64,000 nt of DNA from NCBI RefSeq assembly GCF_030684315.1, contig NC_081391.1, positions 21,102,629 to 21,166,628 on the forward strand, read 5' to 3'. The position numbers and the translations under genes are program-made. Numbering within the stretch: the stretch's first letter is position 1; each line of letters begins with the position of its first letter. Shown here one piece after another: positions 46,456 to 60,700 of this stretch. The DNA comes from Stegostoma tigrinum (lineage: Eukaryota). The notes under the pieces are model-generated. The model was not told the origin of the DNA. It made no database searches and saw only the letters and a program-made list of their open reading frames with translations.

Positions 46456-47631
46456 TGACCAAACAGGTAGATGAGAGTAAACCGGTTGATGTGGTGTATA
46501 TGCATTTCGGCAAGGCGTTCGATTAGGCTCCCCACAGTAGGCTATTGTACAAAATGCGGAGGAATGGGATTGTGGGAGATATAGCAGTTTGGATCAGAAA
46601 TTGGCTTGCTGAAAGAAGACAGGGTGGTGGTTGATGGGAAATGTTCATCCTGGAGACCGGTTACTCGCGGTGTACCGCAAGGGTCCGTGTTGGGTCCACT
46701 GCTGTTTGTCATTTTTATAAACGTAGAAGGATGGGTTAGTAAATTTGCAGATGACACTAAGGTCGGTGGAGATGTGGGTAGTGACGAAGAATGTTGTAGG
46801 TTACAGAGAGACGTGGATAAGTTGCAGAGCTGGGCTGAGAGGTGGCAAATGGAGGTTAATGCCGACAAGTGTGAGGTGATGCACTTTGGTAGGAGGAACC
46901 GGAAGGCAAAGTACTGTAAGATTCTTGGTAGTGTAGATGAGCAGCGAGATCTCGGTGACCATGTACACAGATCCTTGAAAGTTGCCACCCAGGTTGACAG
47001 GGTTGTTAAGAAGGCATACAGTGTTTTAGCTTTTATGAATACAGGGATCGTGTTCCGGAACCAAGAGGTTATGCTGCAGCTGTACAAAACTCTTGTGCGG
47101 CCGCACTTGTAGCATTGCGTACAGTTCTGGTCACCGCATTATAAGAAGGATGTGGAAGTTTTGGAAAGGGTGCAGAGGAGGTTTACTGGGATGTTGCCTG
47201 GTATGGAGGGAAAGTCTTACGAGCAAAGGCTGAGGGACTTGAGGCTGTTTTCGTTAGAGAAAAGAAGGTTGAGAGGTGACTTAATTGAGACATCTAAGAT
47301 AATCAAAGGGTTAGACAGGTTGGATAGGGAGAGCCTTTTTCCCAAGACGGAGACAGCGAGCACGAGGGGCATAGCTTTAAATTGAGGGGTGAAAGATATA
47401 CGACAGATGTCAGAGGTAGTTTCTTTACTCAGAGAATAGCAAGGGTGTGGAACGTTTTGCCTGCAACGGTAGGAGATTCACCAACGTTAAGTACGTTTAA
47501 GTTGTCATTGGACAAGCATATGGACGTACATGGAATAGTGTAGGTTAGATGAGCTTCAGATCGGTATGACAGGTCGGCACAACGTCAAGGGCCGAAGGGC
47601 CTGTACTGTGCTGTCATGTTCTCTGTTCTAT
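46456..47631 (+). mobile_element. Segmental-duplication copy of the 24688 CR1 fragment
   Basis: Same AACATA TSD, same internal deletions and flanks; additional stop and frameshift. Confidence 0.92.
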
Positions 47632-48283
47632 AACATAAAAGATGAATGCATTTAAGATTATTTTCATTAGAAGGGTGATGGGGTCGGGGGGGAACCTGAC
47701 TGAGGTCAACAAAATCATGAGAACTATAGACAAGGTGAATAGCAAGAAGCTTTTTCCCAGAGTCGGGGATTCAATGACTCGGAGTCATGAGTTCAAAATA
47801 AGAGCAAAGTTTAGAGGGGATTTGGTTAGATTGCCTACAGTGTGGAAACAGGCCCTTTAAGCCAAAAATGTCCACACTGGCCCTTGAAGCATCCCACCAA
47901 AACCCCCCACACTTCTGAACGCTACGGGCAATTTATCATGTGGATGTGTGGCAAGCTCTTTACGCAGAGGTTGGAGGGTGCCTGGCACACTTTGCCTGTG
48001 GAGGTGGTAGACGAAGTCACGCAAGTGTCTTTTTAAGATGTATCAGGACAGGTACATGGATGGGCAGGGAGCAAAGGGATACTGACCCTAGAAAAGAGAT
48101 GACAGACTTACACAGGATCTCGATCGGTGCAGGCTTGGAGGGCCGAAGGGCCTGTTCCTGTGCTGTGATTTTCTTTGTTCTTAAATGTGGAGTCAAGATA
48201 GTGACCAGGTTAGTTTCTGATTGAGGAGTGCCATTGATTAACATCAGATATGTTTCCCTTTCCTGCCTTTCTCTTCCCCACGG

Positions 48284-49494
<1,211 letters not shown>

Positions 49495-51050
49495 ATGGGG
49501 TCAATATCTATATCTGTTGTACAAGGTGACCTCATTCTACTAAATGACTAGTTGTGCTCTGAGCAAATTAAAATAGTGTTCACCATGGAACTGAGCACAG
49601 TGTGTAATTTTCATAGCTTCTGGTTCTTGGAGCTTTTTGTGTTTTAATGTCTGATCATCAATCCTTTGTTCTTTGTGACAAGCTTTTGATTCAATGCCTG
49701 CCCCAGTACCTTGATCAGTGTTTGATTCTGCTGTATCTGGGGATTGAGTGGGCAATCCTTTAATTGGAAATTCCATAACTGGTAAGGTTGTTGACAGATA
49801 AATCAGCATTACTGACATGTACTCACAGGGACAAGTTTGCAGGACCAGCTTCTAATCAATACACTGACTGAAATCATTCCTTTGCCTAAAGGGTAGGCAC
49901 TGATCTAATGCACTGCCCTTGGCCATGTGTTTGCATCTCTTTTAAATAAGGAGATTCTGGAAACCAGGAACACAACCTGCTGGGAAATCTCAGGTTGGGC
50001 AGCATTGGTAGGGAGAAGGGTTGAACAGAACCTGGACATGAGACACTCAATCATCTCTTGATTGACTTTGTTGCCTGACAGTGAGGTGTTTTCCAGCAAT
50101 TTGTTCTCATGCCTAGATGTTAGTGATTTTAGTAGTTTGTAAAATTCCTCCTTACAAGACTAAGATACAATGCTTTTCCACAGTCTCTTTTTTTCTTTGA
50201 CATAAGCAATTGCTCATGTCATTGTTCCCAGAGCTAGGGAATTAGTTTCTTCAGTATTTCCTTTATACATGTAGGAGAAGGAAAAATCTACCTTCTCTTA
50301 GAATGCTAACGTCTAGGAACGGCCATGCGAATGAAGCGGTGCCCACCTCGTTCCCTGTGTGATAATTTCTATTATTACCCTGCAACGAAGAGGTGACAAA
50401 TACTGAGGATGCCTGGTGGAAAATCAAGCTAAAATACAAATACCATGTGCAGAATCGGCAGTTCCAATTTTTACGTTTATTAATCTTCAGCAGGAGAGCT
50501 GATCTGGCTGACCTGTGACTCCAAACAGTGCACTGTGGTGGCCTAATCACTATCAATCAGCCCTGAATTACAATGTGACTGGTTTGTGTAAGTGCTTTAA
50601 CAGGATCAGGCTATCACTGACAGGCAGCATTTATTATCCATCTCTGATTACCCACCCAGCCCATGAGTAATTCAAATTAAACCCCTTTGCTCTGCCTGTG
50701 GCGTTACGCAAAGGCCCGATCAGGTAAGGATGGCAGTTTCTTACGAACAAGGACATTAGTGAACCAGAAGAGGCTTGTTTGGACCATCTCTTCTGGAAAG
50801 AGAATGATGTGCATGAAATTCTGTCAAGTCAGACAGTATCAGGATTACAGGTGTCAGTCTAACACTCCAGAATGTTGACAGCCTCCAGCAAACGAGCAGC
50901 CACTTTCGTCTATCCTTCCACCACTGACATACGCAGAGACTGCAATATATACCATGTACCAAATGCTGTAGGAATCCACCAAAGCTCCTCAGCCAACTTC
51001 TTAAAACCGTAACTACTTTCCATCGGACAAGGGCAGATGATATGTGGGAA

Positions 51051-51459
51051 CTTTTTGAGTGCGAGCAGCAGCGGAGGCAAGACGGACCCGGAAGACTGCA
51101 GCTAAGGTAAAGCAGTTTATTTTTAAAACTACTTACCGGTAGCGGGCAGCGGTGTTTTTTTTTGCTCTTTCAGAGAAGGAGCGGGAGCATCAGAGGAAGT
51201 GACGAGGACCAGAGGGGCAGCCGGGAAGGAAAGCAGTGAGTATAAATACTCACCCTTCGACGCCAACGGCCTTTTTGAGTGCGAGCAGCAGCGGAGGCAA
51301 GACGGACCCGGAAGACTGCAGCTAAGGTAAAGCAGTTTATTTTTAAAATTACTTACCGGTAGCGGGCAGCGGTGTTTTTTTTTGCTCTTTCAGAGAAGGA
51401 GCGGGAGCATCAGAGGAAGTGACGAGGACCAGAGGGGCAGCCGGGAAGGAAAGCAGTGA
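51051..51459 (+). repeat. 220-bp tandem monomer (about 1.9 copies) forming the CR1 5' end
   Basis: CTTTTTGAGTGCGAGCAGCAGCGG... begins at 51051 and again at 51271; the two copies are almost identical. Confidence 0.95.
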
Positions 51460-51660
51460 CCATATATATCAGCAAGGCAGCTAAATCCGAGACTCTACAA
51501 CTGTAGTGTCACCCACCCGCCCTCCTCCTCTAACCTAGTTAATAAGGTAAGGTTCATTCTAAACTTTCTCTATTGAACATAAGTTTGTTATTAATTTGTT
51601 ATTATTACTTGAAGTGAGCTTTCTGCTTTAGTACTGAGTGGGTGTTCAGATAAGTGGGGT

Positions 51661-52596
51661 ATGGATGCTAGGGCAGTTGCTTGCTCCTCCTGCAAAATGT
51701 GGCAGTTGGGAGATGTGGCACACGTCTCCGCTGGCTACATCTGCGGGAAGTGCACCCAGCTACAGCTCCTTGAAAACCGTGTTAGGGAAATGGAGCTGGA
51801 GCTGGATGAACTACGGATCATTCGGGAGGCAGAGGGGGTAATTGAGAGGAGTTATCGGGAGTTGGTCACTCCTAAGGCTCAGGACGAGGATAGATGGGTT
51901 ACAGTTAGGGGGAGGAAAGGGGACAGACAGACAGTGCAGAGATCCCCTGTGGGCATTCCCCTCAGCAATAAGTATACCGTTTTGGATACTGCTGGGGGGG
52001 TTGACCTACCAGAGGAAAGCCATAGTAGTCAGTTCTCTGGCACTGAGCCTGACACTGTGGCAAAGAAGGGAAGGGGGCAGAATAGAAAAGTACTCGTGGT
52101 AGGGGACTCGATAGTTAGGGGAATCGACAGGAGATTTTGTGGGCAAGATCGGGATTCCCGGAAGGTATGTTGCCTCCCTGGTGCCAGGGTCCGGGACGTC
52201 TCCGATCGGGTGTATAAAGTTCTGAAAGGGGAGGGTGAACAGCCAGAAATCGTGTTACATATTGGCACAAATGATATAGCCAGAAATAGGTTTGAGGATA
52301 TAAAAAGTGATTTCAGGGAGTTAGGATGGAAGCTGCAGAGCAGGACGAACAGAGTAGTGTTCTCTGGTTTACTACCGGTGCCACGAGATAGCGAGGTGAG
52401 GAACAGGGAGCGGGCGCAGCTGAACACGTGGCTACGCAGCTGGTGTAGGAGGGAGGGTTTCAGATATGTTGATAATTGGGATGCCTTCTGGGGAAGGTGG
52501 GACCTGTACAAGAAGGACGGGTTGCATCTGAACTGGAAGGGGACCAATGTCCTGGGTGGAAGGTTTGCTCGAGTAGTTCGAGAGGGTTTAAACTAG
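51661..52596 (+). CDS. CR1 ORF1: CxxC-CxxC zinc finger, coiled coil, SGNH esterase domain (311 aa, intact)
   Basis: CSSC...CGKC; LELDELRII heptads; VVGDS, HIGTND and DGLH esterase motifs, as known for CR1 ORF1p. Confidence 0.9.
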   Translation: MDARAVACSSCKMWQLGDVAHVSAGYICGKCTQLQLLENRVREMELELDELRIIREAEGVIERSYRELVTPKAQDEDRWVTVRGRKGDRQTVQRSPVGIPLSNKYTVLDTAGGVDLPEESHSSQFSGTEPDTVAKKGRGQNRKVLVVGDSIVRGIDRRFCGQDRDSRKVCCLPGARVRDVSDRVYKVLKGEGEQPEIVLHIGTNDIARNRFEDIKSDFRELGWKLQSRTNRVVFSGLLPVPRDSEVRNRERAQLNTWLRSWCRREGFRYVDNWDAFWGRWDLYKKDGLHLNWKGTNVLGGRFARVVREGLN

Positions 52597-55486
52597 TATG
52601 GCAGGGGGGTGGGAACCTGAGCTGTATACCAGAGGTGAGCGTTGATGCAGGTGAGGCAGTAGCAAGAGGTAGACCAGCTAGTGGGAAGGATTTTCCTGGG
52701 AAGGAACCAAGGGATCGGTTAAAGTGTGTTTGCTTTAATGCAAGGAGTATCAGGAATAAAAGTGATGAACTTAGAGCATGGATCAGTACCTGGTGCTATG
52801 ATGTTGTGGCCATAACAGAGACATGGGTTTCTCATGGGCTGGAATGGTTGCTGGATATTCCAGGGTTTAGAACATTTAAAAAGAATAGGGAGGGGGGAAA
52901 AAGAGGAGGGGGTGTAGCACTACTAATCAGAGAGGGTATCACAGCTACAGAAGCTTCCATTGTCGAGGAAGATCTGCCTACTGAGTCAGTATGGGTGGAA
53001 ATTAGGAACAGCAAGGGAGTAGTCACCTCGTTAGGGGTTTACTACAGGCCCCCCAATAGCAGCAGGGAGATTGTAGAAAGCATAGGTCGACAGATTTTGG
53101 AAAAGTGTGCACGCAGTAGGGTTGTTGTAATGGGTGACTTTAACTTTCCTAATATTGATTGGAACCTCCTTCGAGCAGAAGGATTTGAATGGAGCTGTTT
53201 TTGTAAGGTGTGTTCAGGAGGGTTTCCTAACGCAGTACGTTGACAGGCCGACGAGGGGAGAGGCCATTCTAGACTTGGTGCTCGGAAACGAGCCGGGGCA
53301 GGTATCAGATCTTGTGGTGGGAGAGCATTTTGGTGATAGTGACCATAACACTCTCTCATTCTACATAGCTATGGAGAAGGAGAGGATTAGGCAGAATGGG
53401 AGGATATTTAATTGGGGAAGAGGAAACTATGATGCGATTAGACACGAGTTAGGAAGCATGGACTGGGAGCAGTTGTTCCATGGTAAGGGAACTATAGACA
53501 TGTGGAGATGGTTTAAGGAACAGTTGTTGGGAGTGATGAGTAAATATGTCCCTCTGAGACAGGCAAGACGGGGTAAGATAAAGGAACCTTGGATGACGAG
53601 AGCGGTGGAGCTTCTAGTGAAAAGGAAGAAGGTAGCTTACATAAGGTGGAGGAAGCTAGGGTCAAGTTCAGCTAGAGAGGATTACATGCAGGCAAGGAAG
53701 GAGCTCAAAAATGGTCTGAGGAGAGCCAGGAGGGGGCACGAGAAAGGCTTGGCAGAAGGAATCCGGGAAAACACAAAGGCATTTTACACTTACGTGAGGA
53801 ATAAGAGAATGGTCAAAGAAAGAGTAGGGCCGATCAGGGATAGCATAGGGAACTTGTGTGTGGAGCCTGAGGAGGTAGGGGAAGCCCTAAATGAGTTTTT
53901 TGCTTCTGTCTTTACGAAAGAAACGACCTGTGTAGTGAATGAAACCTTTTGAAGAGCAGGTGTGCATGCTGGAATGGATAGAGATAGAGGAAGCTGATGT
54001 ACTGAAAATTTTGTCAAACATTAAGATTGACAAGTCGCCAGGCCCGGATCAGATTTGTCCTCGGCTGCTTTGGGAAGCGAGAAATGCAATTGCTTCGCCA
54101 CTTGCGAAGATCTTTGCATCCTCGCTCTCCACTGGAGTCGTACCTGAGGACTGGAGAGAGGCAAATGTAATTCCTCTCTTCAAGAAAGGAAATAGGGAAA
54201 TCCCCGGCAATTATAGACCGGTAAGTCTCACGTCTGTCGTCTGCAAGGTGTTAGAAAGGATTCTGAGGGATAAGATTTATGACCATCTGGAAGAGCATGG
54301 CTTGATCAAATACAGTCAACACGGCTTTGTGAGGGGTAGGTCATGCCTTACAAACCTTATCGAGTTTTTTGAGGATGTGACTAGTAAGGTTGATGAGGGT
54401 CAAGCTGTGGATGTGGTGTATATGGACTTCAGTAAGGCATTTGATAAGGTTCCCCATGGAAGGCTCATTCAGAAGGTCAGGAGGAATGGGATACAGGGGA
54501 ACTTAGCTGCTTGGATACAGAATTGGCTGGCCAACAGAAGACAGCGAGTGGTAGTAGAAGGAAAATATTCTGCCTGGAAGTCAGTGGTGAGTGGGGTTCC
54601 ACAGGGCTCTGTCCTTGGGCCTCTACTGTTTGTAATTTTTATTAATGACTTGGACGAGGGAATTGAAGGATGGGTCAGCAAGTTTGCAGACGACACAAAG
54701 GTCGGAGGTGTCGTTGACAGTGTAGAGGGCTGTTGTAGGCTGCAGCGGGACATTGACAGGATGCAGAGATGGGCTGAGAGGTGGCAGATGGAGTTCAACC
54801 TGGATAAATGCGAGGTGATGCATTTTGGAAGGTCGAATTTGAAAACTGAGTACAGGATTAAGGATAGGATTCTTGGCAGCGTGGAGGAACAGAGGGATCT
54901 TGGTGTGCAGATACATAGATCCCTTAAAATGGCCACCCAAGTGGACAGGGTTGTTAAGAAAGCATATGGTGTTTTGGCTTTCATTAACAGGGGGATTGAG
55001 TTTAAGAGTCGTGAGATCTTGTTGCAGCTCTATAAAACTTTGGTTAGACCGCACTTGGAATACTGCGTCCAGTTCTGGGCGCCCTATTATAGGAAAGATG
55101 TGGATGCTTTGGAGAGGGTTCAGAGGAGGTTTACCAGGATGCTGCCTGGACTGGAGGGCTTATCTTATGAAGAGAGGTTGACTGAGCTCGGTCTCTTTTC
55201 ATTGGAGAAAAGGAGGAGGAGAGGGGACCTAATTGAGGTATACAAGATAATGAGAGGCATAGATAGAGTCGATAGCCACAGACTATTTCCCAGGGCAGAA
55301 ATGGCTAGCACGAGGGGTCATAGTTTTAAGCTGGTTGGTGGAAAGTATAGAGGGGATGTCAGAGGCAGGTTCTTTACGCAGAGAGTTGTGAGAGCATGGA
55401 ATGCGTTGCCAGCAGCAGTTGTGGAAGCAAGGTCATTGGGGTCATTTAAGAGACTGCTGGACATGCATATGGTCACAGAAATTTGA
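52584..55486 (+). pseudogene. CR1 ORF2 (AP endonuclease + reverse transcriptase) broken by two +1 insertions
   Basis: FNARS, AITETW, GGGVAL, YYRPP, MGDFN and SDH APE motifs; NYRPVSL, YMDFSKAFD, GVPQGSVLGP and FADD RT motifs. Frame changes near 53183 and 53950; no internal stops otherwise. Confidence 0.9.
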
Positions 55487-58424
55487 GGGTGCATCCATGA
55501 GGATCAATGGTCGGCACAACATTGTGGGCTGAAGGGCCTGTTCTGTGCTGTACTGTTCTATGTTCTATGTTCTAACACCACGTTCTACACCAAACCACCG
55601 ATCAGCTGGTGTTGGAAACATCGCTCCCAGGTTCCCTCCCTAACAGCAGTATGGGTTTGATTACACCAAATGGGCAACAGTAATGCAAGAAGGCAAGGCA
55701 CCACATTCTCTAAACTAATGTTGGCCCTGATCTCTGAGGGGTTCAAATACCTCTGGATGAAGAGGTTTTGGTGAAATGGTCAAGTTCCTGTTCAACCACA
55801 GCTGGAGTGCACAGTTCTGGCAGGTTCGACCCAAAGATGGTTATGCACAGAATTTCTGGAAGTAACCTGGACAGAGTGATGGTTAATTCATGATAACGGC
55901 TTGTCTAGTCCCTCTGTGTAGGAAGTTAAGGGATGGCTGTAATTGATAATTTTCAGAGGATTAATGGATTTGACAGGGTAGAGAGGAAAGAACCCATTTC
56001 TTCTCAATGATCATCTCGGACTGTGCGCAGAATGGGATGACAATGTTCACATTAGAATTACATCATCCAGGATAATATCAAAAACAATTTCTTTGTGGAA
56101 AGGACAATATCTGCACACACAGATATTTACTGCACAAGGTTTGATGTTGCCAATCACTTTCCAATTTCAACAAAAAAAAGTGAGTAATGCATTTTTGTCG
56201 AAGAAACACAAAGTCAAAACAGGCTCGATGTTACAAATCTGATGTGAGTACAGGAGCTCAGCGACTTTCAGTTTCAAGTATGTGATTATCTGAAAGTGGT
56301 CAGGCAGGATGAAGCTGTTATTAATGGAGATTGAGCCACTTTTGTGAACCTTGTGTTTTCAAATTGAGGCATCGAGTATAAAAGCAACGAATTGATGTTA
56401 CACCTCTACAAATCATTGGTTAGACCACATTTCCATTATGTACTCAGTTCTGGGCGTGACATTCAAGGAAGGATGTGAAAAACCTCAAAAGTGTTCAAAG
56501 GTGATTTATTACGATGACCCCAGGAATGGGGAATTTTAGATACACAGAAAGATTAAGGAAAATGGGGGAAATCTCCTTGTAGGTGACCTTATTGACGTGA
56601 TCAAAACTATGATCAATTTTGTCAGAGTAAAGCAGGATATTCTGATTTCAGCAGTTGACTTGTCAGTGACGAGGGGTCACAGTTTGTCAGTAGGGGAGAT
56701 CAGAGTGAAATGGTTAGAAAACTCTTTGCTCAGAAAGTTGTTCGGATTTGGAATGTGCTGCCTGGGAGAGTGACGGAGGTCGATTCCATGGTTGGTTTCA
56801 GAACAAGAGTTGGATATGTCGTTGGAAGTGACGAATTTAGAGAGTGACAGAGATAGGGCTGGAAAGTGAGACTAATCAGGTAGCTCTTTCAGAAGCTATT
56901 ACAGGAACGGTGGGCTGAACGGCCTCCTGTTGTGAAAAACGCTCTGAATTTCCACTCAGAAAATTCTGAGAGTTTGGGGACGGGGTTTGAATTCCACCTG
57001 TAGAAGGCACCTTTAATGTGGGAAAGCTGTTACACGCCAGCAGAGACATGGTCCTTTACACAAGGTAGACCCAGTTCCACTGGCAAAGAAATGTTGACTG
57101 GGGATCCCCCCACTGCTGACCAACACCCACTGTCACAGCCAACGATCGCACACACCTATCTTCCACCTGGATGGCCGCTGGGGACTGGTTTTGCATTGCA
57201 CTTTATCAGGACCCTCCCCTCGATCGTACCATCCTGGGTGGCCCTGCCAGGAGGTGAAATCCTCTTCACTTATCACTCTGAGAACCAACAGAACACTCGA
57301 GGCTTTCCATCACTGCGAGGTGACAATCCACGGGCAGGAGCTGGAGGCAGGGAGATTCTGCTCAGGTACAGACCCACCACAGAATCGGAGAATTGTTATG
57401 GCACAGCAGGAGGCCATTCGGTCCTTTGTGCCTGTACCTGTTCTGGTTGTTTTCTAAATCTGCCTGTAGAGATGATTTAAGATCTCTGGATCTGGTAGGA
57501 ACTTGTACCAAGGCCTCCTGGTCCACAGCTAGGGACATGACCCCTTAACCACAAGACCCTGGCTGCGCTAGTTGCACAAACGTGGAATCATAGAAAATAA
57601 ATGTTGAGTCGGCCATTCATCCCTTCCAGCCTGCTCTGCCATTCCATGTGATTGTGGCTGATTCCATAACTCAGCACCATATTCTCACCCTCTCTGCATT
57701 CCCTTTTGATCCAGCCCTCAAAGCTCTCCCCAATTCCTGTTTTGGCTTCAATCCTTTTCTGTGGCAGAGAATTCCACAGGATCCACCACCCCGCCCCCCG
57801 AGGTGAAGAGATTTCTCCTCACCTCAGTTCTAAATGTATCCTTAGACTGCAAACCCTGGTCCTGAACTCCCCCATAATCAGGAACATCCTTCCTGTCTTT
57901 TCCACAGCTGACACTGTTACAATTTTCTATGATCCAGAGACAATTTCCCAACTTTCTTTCCCAAATCCCAGCATAACAAGCTGAGAAACTGATGCCCCTC
58001 TTCCTCATTGAATCCCTCGTGCAGTTGCTCACAACCACCTTAATTAAAAAAAATGTGAAAACTTTTCTCAAACCAAATTGACTTATTTTAAAAAAGAACC
58101 AAATGACCCATGACCTGATTGAGTGGTGCAGAAGGTTTGAGATGCCGAATGGCCTCCTGCTGTTCCAATCACAGAATAACCATCCAGACCTGGCTCTCAT
58201 CTCCTCCTCTGATCAGCTCTGCTTAACACACCCTCCCCCTCTCTCTCATTGGTGCCTGTATGCAGGGGTGGTTCCTGATTGGCCACCAGCAACTGTCAGT
58301 CATCATCAGTTCTGCCTCTCTGTGTGACTGCAGGATGGTCCCAGGACTATAAATACAAGAGCCTGTGGGAGAGAGAGACTTAGTTCTAGAGTTTTCTTGG
58401 TGCTTGTGAGCAGGAATAGTGAAG

Positions 58425-60700
58425 ATGGTTTCCCAAGTGTGTCAGAACTACCACCAGGACTGTGAGGATGCTGTTAACAAGCAGATCAACCTGGAGCTCT
58501 ATTCCTCCTATGTTTACCTCTCCATGGTGAGCTTTGTGGAATTGAAGCCTGTGCTATGATAGTGTTGACCTGTTTGGTTTTTATGCTGGGTTAATGAATT
58601 AGCTGTAACATGTATTATTTTCTGTGGCCCTTCCCCTGTTGTAATCTAGTGCAGGTCTTATCACTGACTCTCTGTTCAAAACTTGACCACTGTCTTCATG
58701 TCCAACTGGCTCCTGGATGTGGATGCCCAGCTTGCTGTCTCTGGACAATGTAACCCTTGGTGATTTTTTTCATCTAACTCTGGAGGGATGATCTGGTCTT
58801 GGTCAATAATTAATTTTTGTCAAACTTTGGTTGTATTCCTTTTCTTAACAAAAGCTTTTCCTGACACAAATATACTCCTTTTTTCAAACCTTGCCCTATT
58901 CACCGGACTGTCTTGTGCTCAAGATGTCAAGTTCCCTGAACTAAAAGAACAGCTGCTGCTAGACATTAAACACTAACAAAAATAGCTAGAAAAGCTCTAC
59001 AGAGCTGGAAGAAATCCAAGCTCTGGGTCCATTGACCCTTTCTCAGAAGTGGCTTTGAGCTATGCAATGTGAGGAAAGGGGCACATTTTCAGACTATGTA
59101 TGTGTTTTTTTTTCTTTCTCTCTCTAACAAAGCAGTTAAAATTCTGTGGAGTGGGTGGTAGGACACTGCGGTTATTCAGGTGGGTGATAGTGATAATGAG
59201 ACTGCTGACTGAGCTTTCTGGTTGTGTTAATGAACACATGTCCCTTCATTCAGTTGGACAGGGGCCGAACTGGTCTCCACCTCCTGAACAATAGTGTTTC
59301 TAACCTGCAGAGCACGGATGTCTAATGGCTCTAGACAGCTCTCCCCTTCATCATCCATGGAAGGTGACTTCCTGCTTTGTCTGTTTTTTTAACCACTTAA
59401 ATGTGGAATCCAGATGGTGCCCAGGTTAGTTCCAGAGTGAGGAGTGTCATTCATGAATTTCAGACAGTTTCCTTTCAGCCTCTCTTCCCACAGTTCTCTT
59501 ACTTTGACCGGGATGATGTTGCCCTGCATCACTTTGCTGAGTTCTTCAAGGAGCAGTCCCATGAGGAACGGGAACACGCTGAGAAACTGATGGCATTCCA
59601 GAATAAACGTGGAGGTCGAGTCCTCCTGCAGGACATTAAGGTTAGATTCTGAAGCCTTCTGTTTGCAGCTTTTTGTGAGCAGCTACAATCGACTGGTATC
59701 TCCATCTATTTAGCTTTAGCCTTGAACAAATACTGTGTGAAGGGGAGGGTGTTCACCAAAATAGGATTCCTTTAGGTTGAAAGGAAATACTCTGCACTTA
59801 TGAGGGCAATTGAGAGGAACCAGAATAGTGAGTAGATATCAATGTGAATGACTCTCCTTCAGACAGAATGAGGTAACAAAAGCTAAGACAGGAAATTGTT
59901 GCACTGTGGAAAGTAGCAGTGTCCAGCCTTTCTGAATCTGGAAGATGTTTCTAACACCACAATAGTGAAGCCAGGAACTACTTCCATTGGTACCTATTCT
60001 CTACATGTGAATTCTGAGAATCTACATTAACAGTAGAATGTGTTTAGAAAATTTGTTATTCCCTCAGTACAAAATCTAGTTGTTGTCTTCAAATTCAAGT
60101 TGGTTTGCAGTACCTCCCCTACAATGATGAGGGATAACTAACTGATCAGATGTAGACTAATGATACAACTGCCTGCTGAACTGTGCTTTCTGTTCCTGCT
60201 TCCCTCCCTCCAGAAGCCAGAGCAGGATGAGTGGGGCAGTGGTCTGGAGGCAATGCAGAGAGCTCTGCAGATGGAGAAGGATGTGAACCAGAGTCTGCTG
60301 GATCTGCACAAACTCGCCTCTGGCCACACTGACCCTCATGTGAGTTTGTAAACTTTCTTCTTGGAAGAAAGTGGTGTGTTTGTGCACTCTCTGGGTAAAA
60401 ATCCAATTACCTTCTCCCAGCCTCCTGCAGGCTGTTAAAACAAACTTACAAATGCATCACCTCAGTGGACCTCCACCTGGTTGTGATGGTCACATCTGTC
60501 ATGGGGGTCACTTTCAGACACTTTTGATCCTCTGGATTAATTTTCTCTTCCAGCTGTGTGACTTCCTGGAGAGGCAATACTTGGATGAGCAAGTGAAGAT
60601 GATCAAGAAGCTGGGAGATCACATCACCAACCTGAAGAGACTGGGAGCCCCTGACAATGGCATGGGAGAGTACCTGTTTGACAGGCTCACACTCGGCTGA
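58425..60700 (+). CDS. Ferritin copy 9, intact, 173 aa
   Basis: Exons 58425-58526, 59494-59640, 60214-60339, 60554-60700. TATAAATA at 58348. Near-identical to copy 4. Confidence 0.94.

Larger units (their letters stand above)
51051..55574 (+). mobile_element. Full-length CR1-clade LINE
   Basis: 5' UTR with tandem monomers, ORF1, APE-RT ORF2, 3' UTR ending in TGTTCTA repeats. The paralogous empty site GTGGGAACACCACG is at ~17468; target duplication is at most 3 bp (AAC). Confidence 0.95.

Noticed and set aside
54469-55054. Long antisense ORFs over CR1 RT regions and over ferritin exons
   Set aside because: Shadow ORFs of coding sequence, with no independent evidence.
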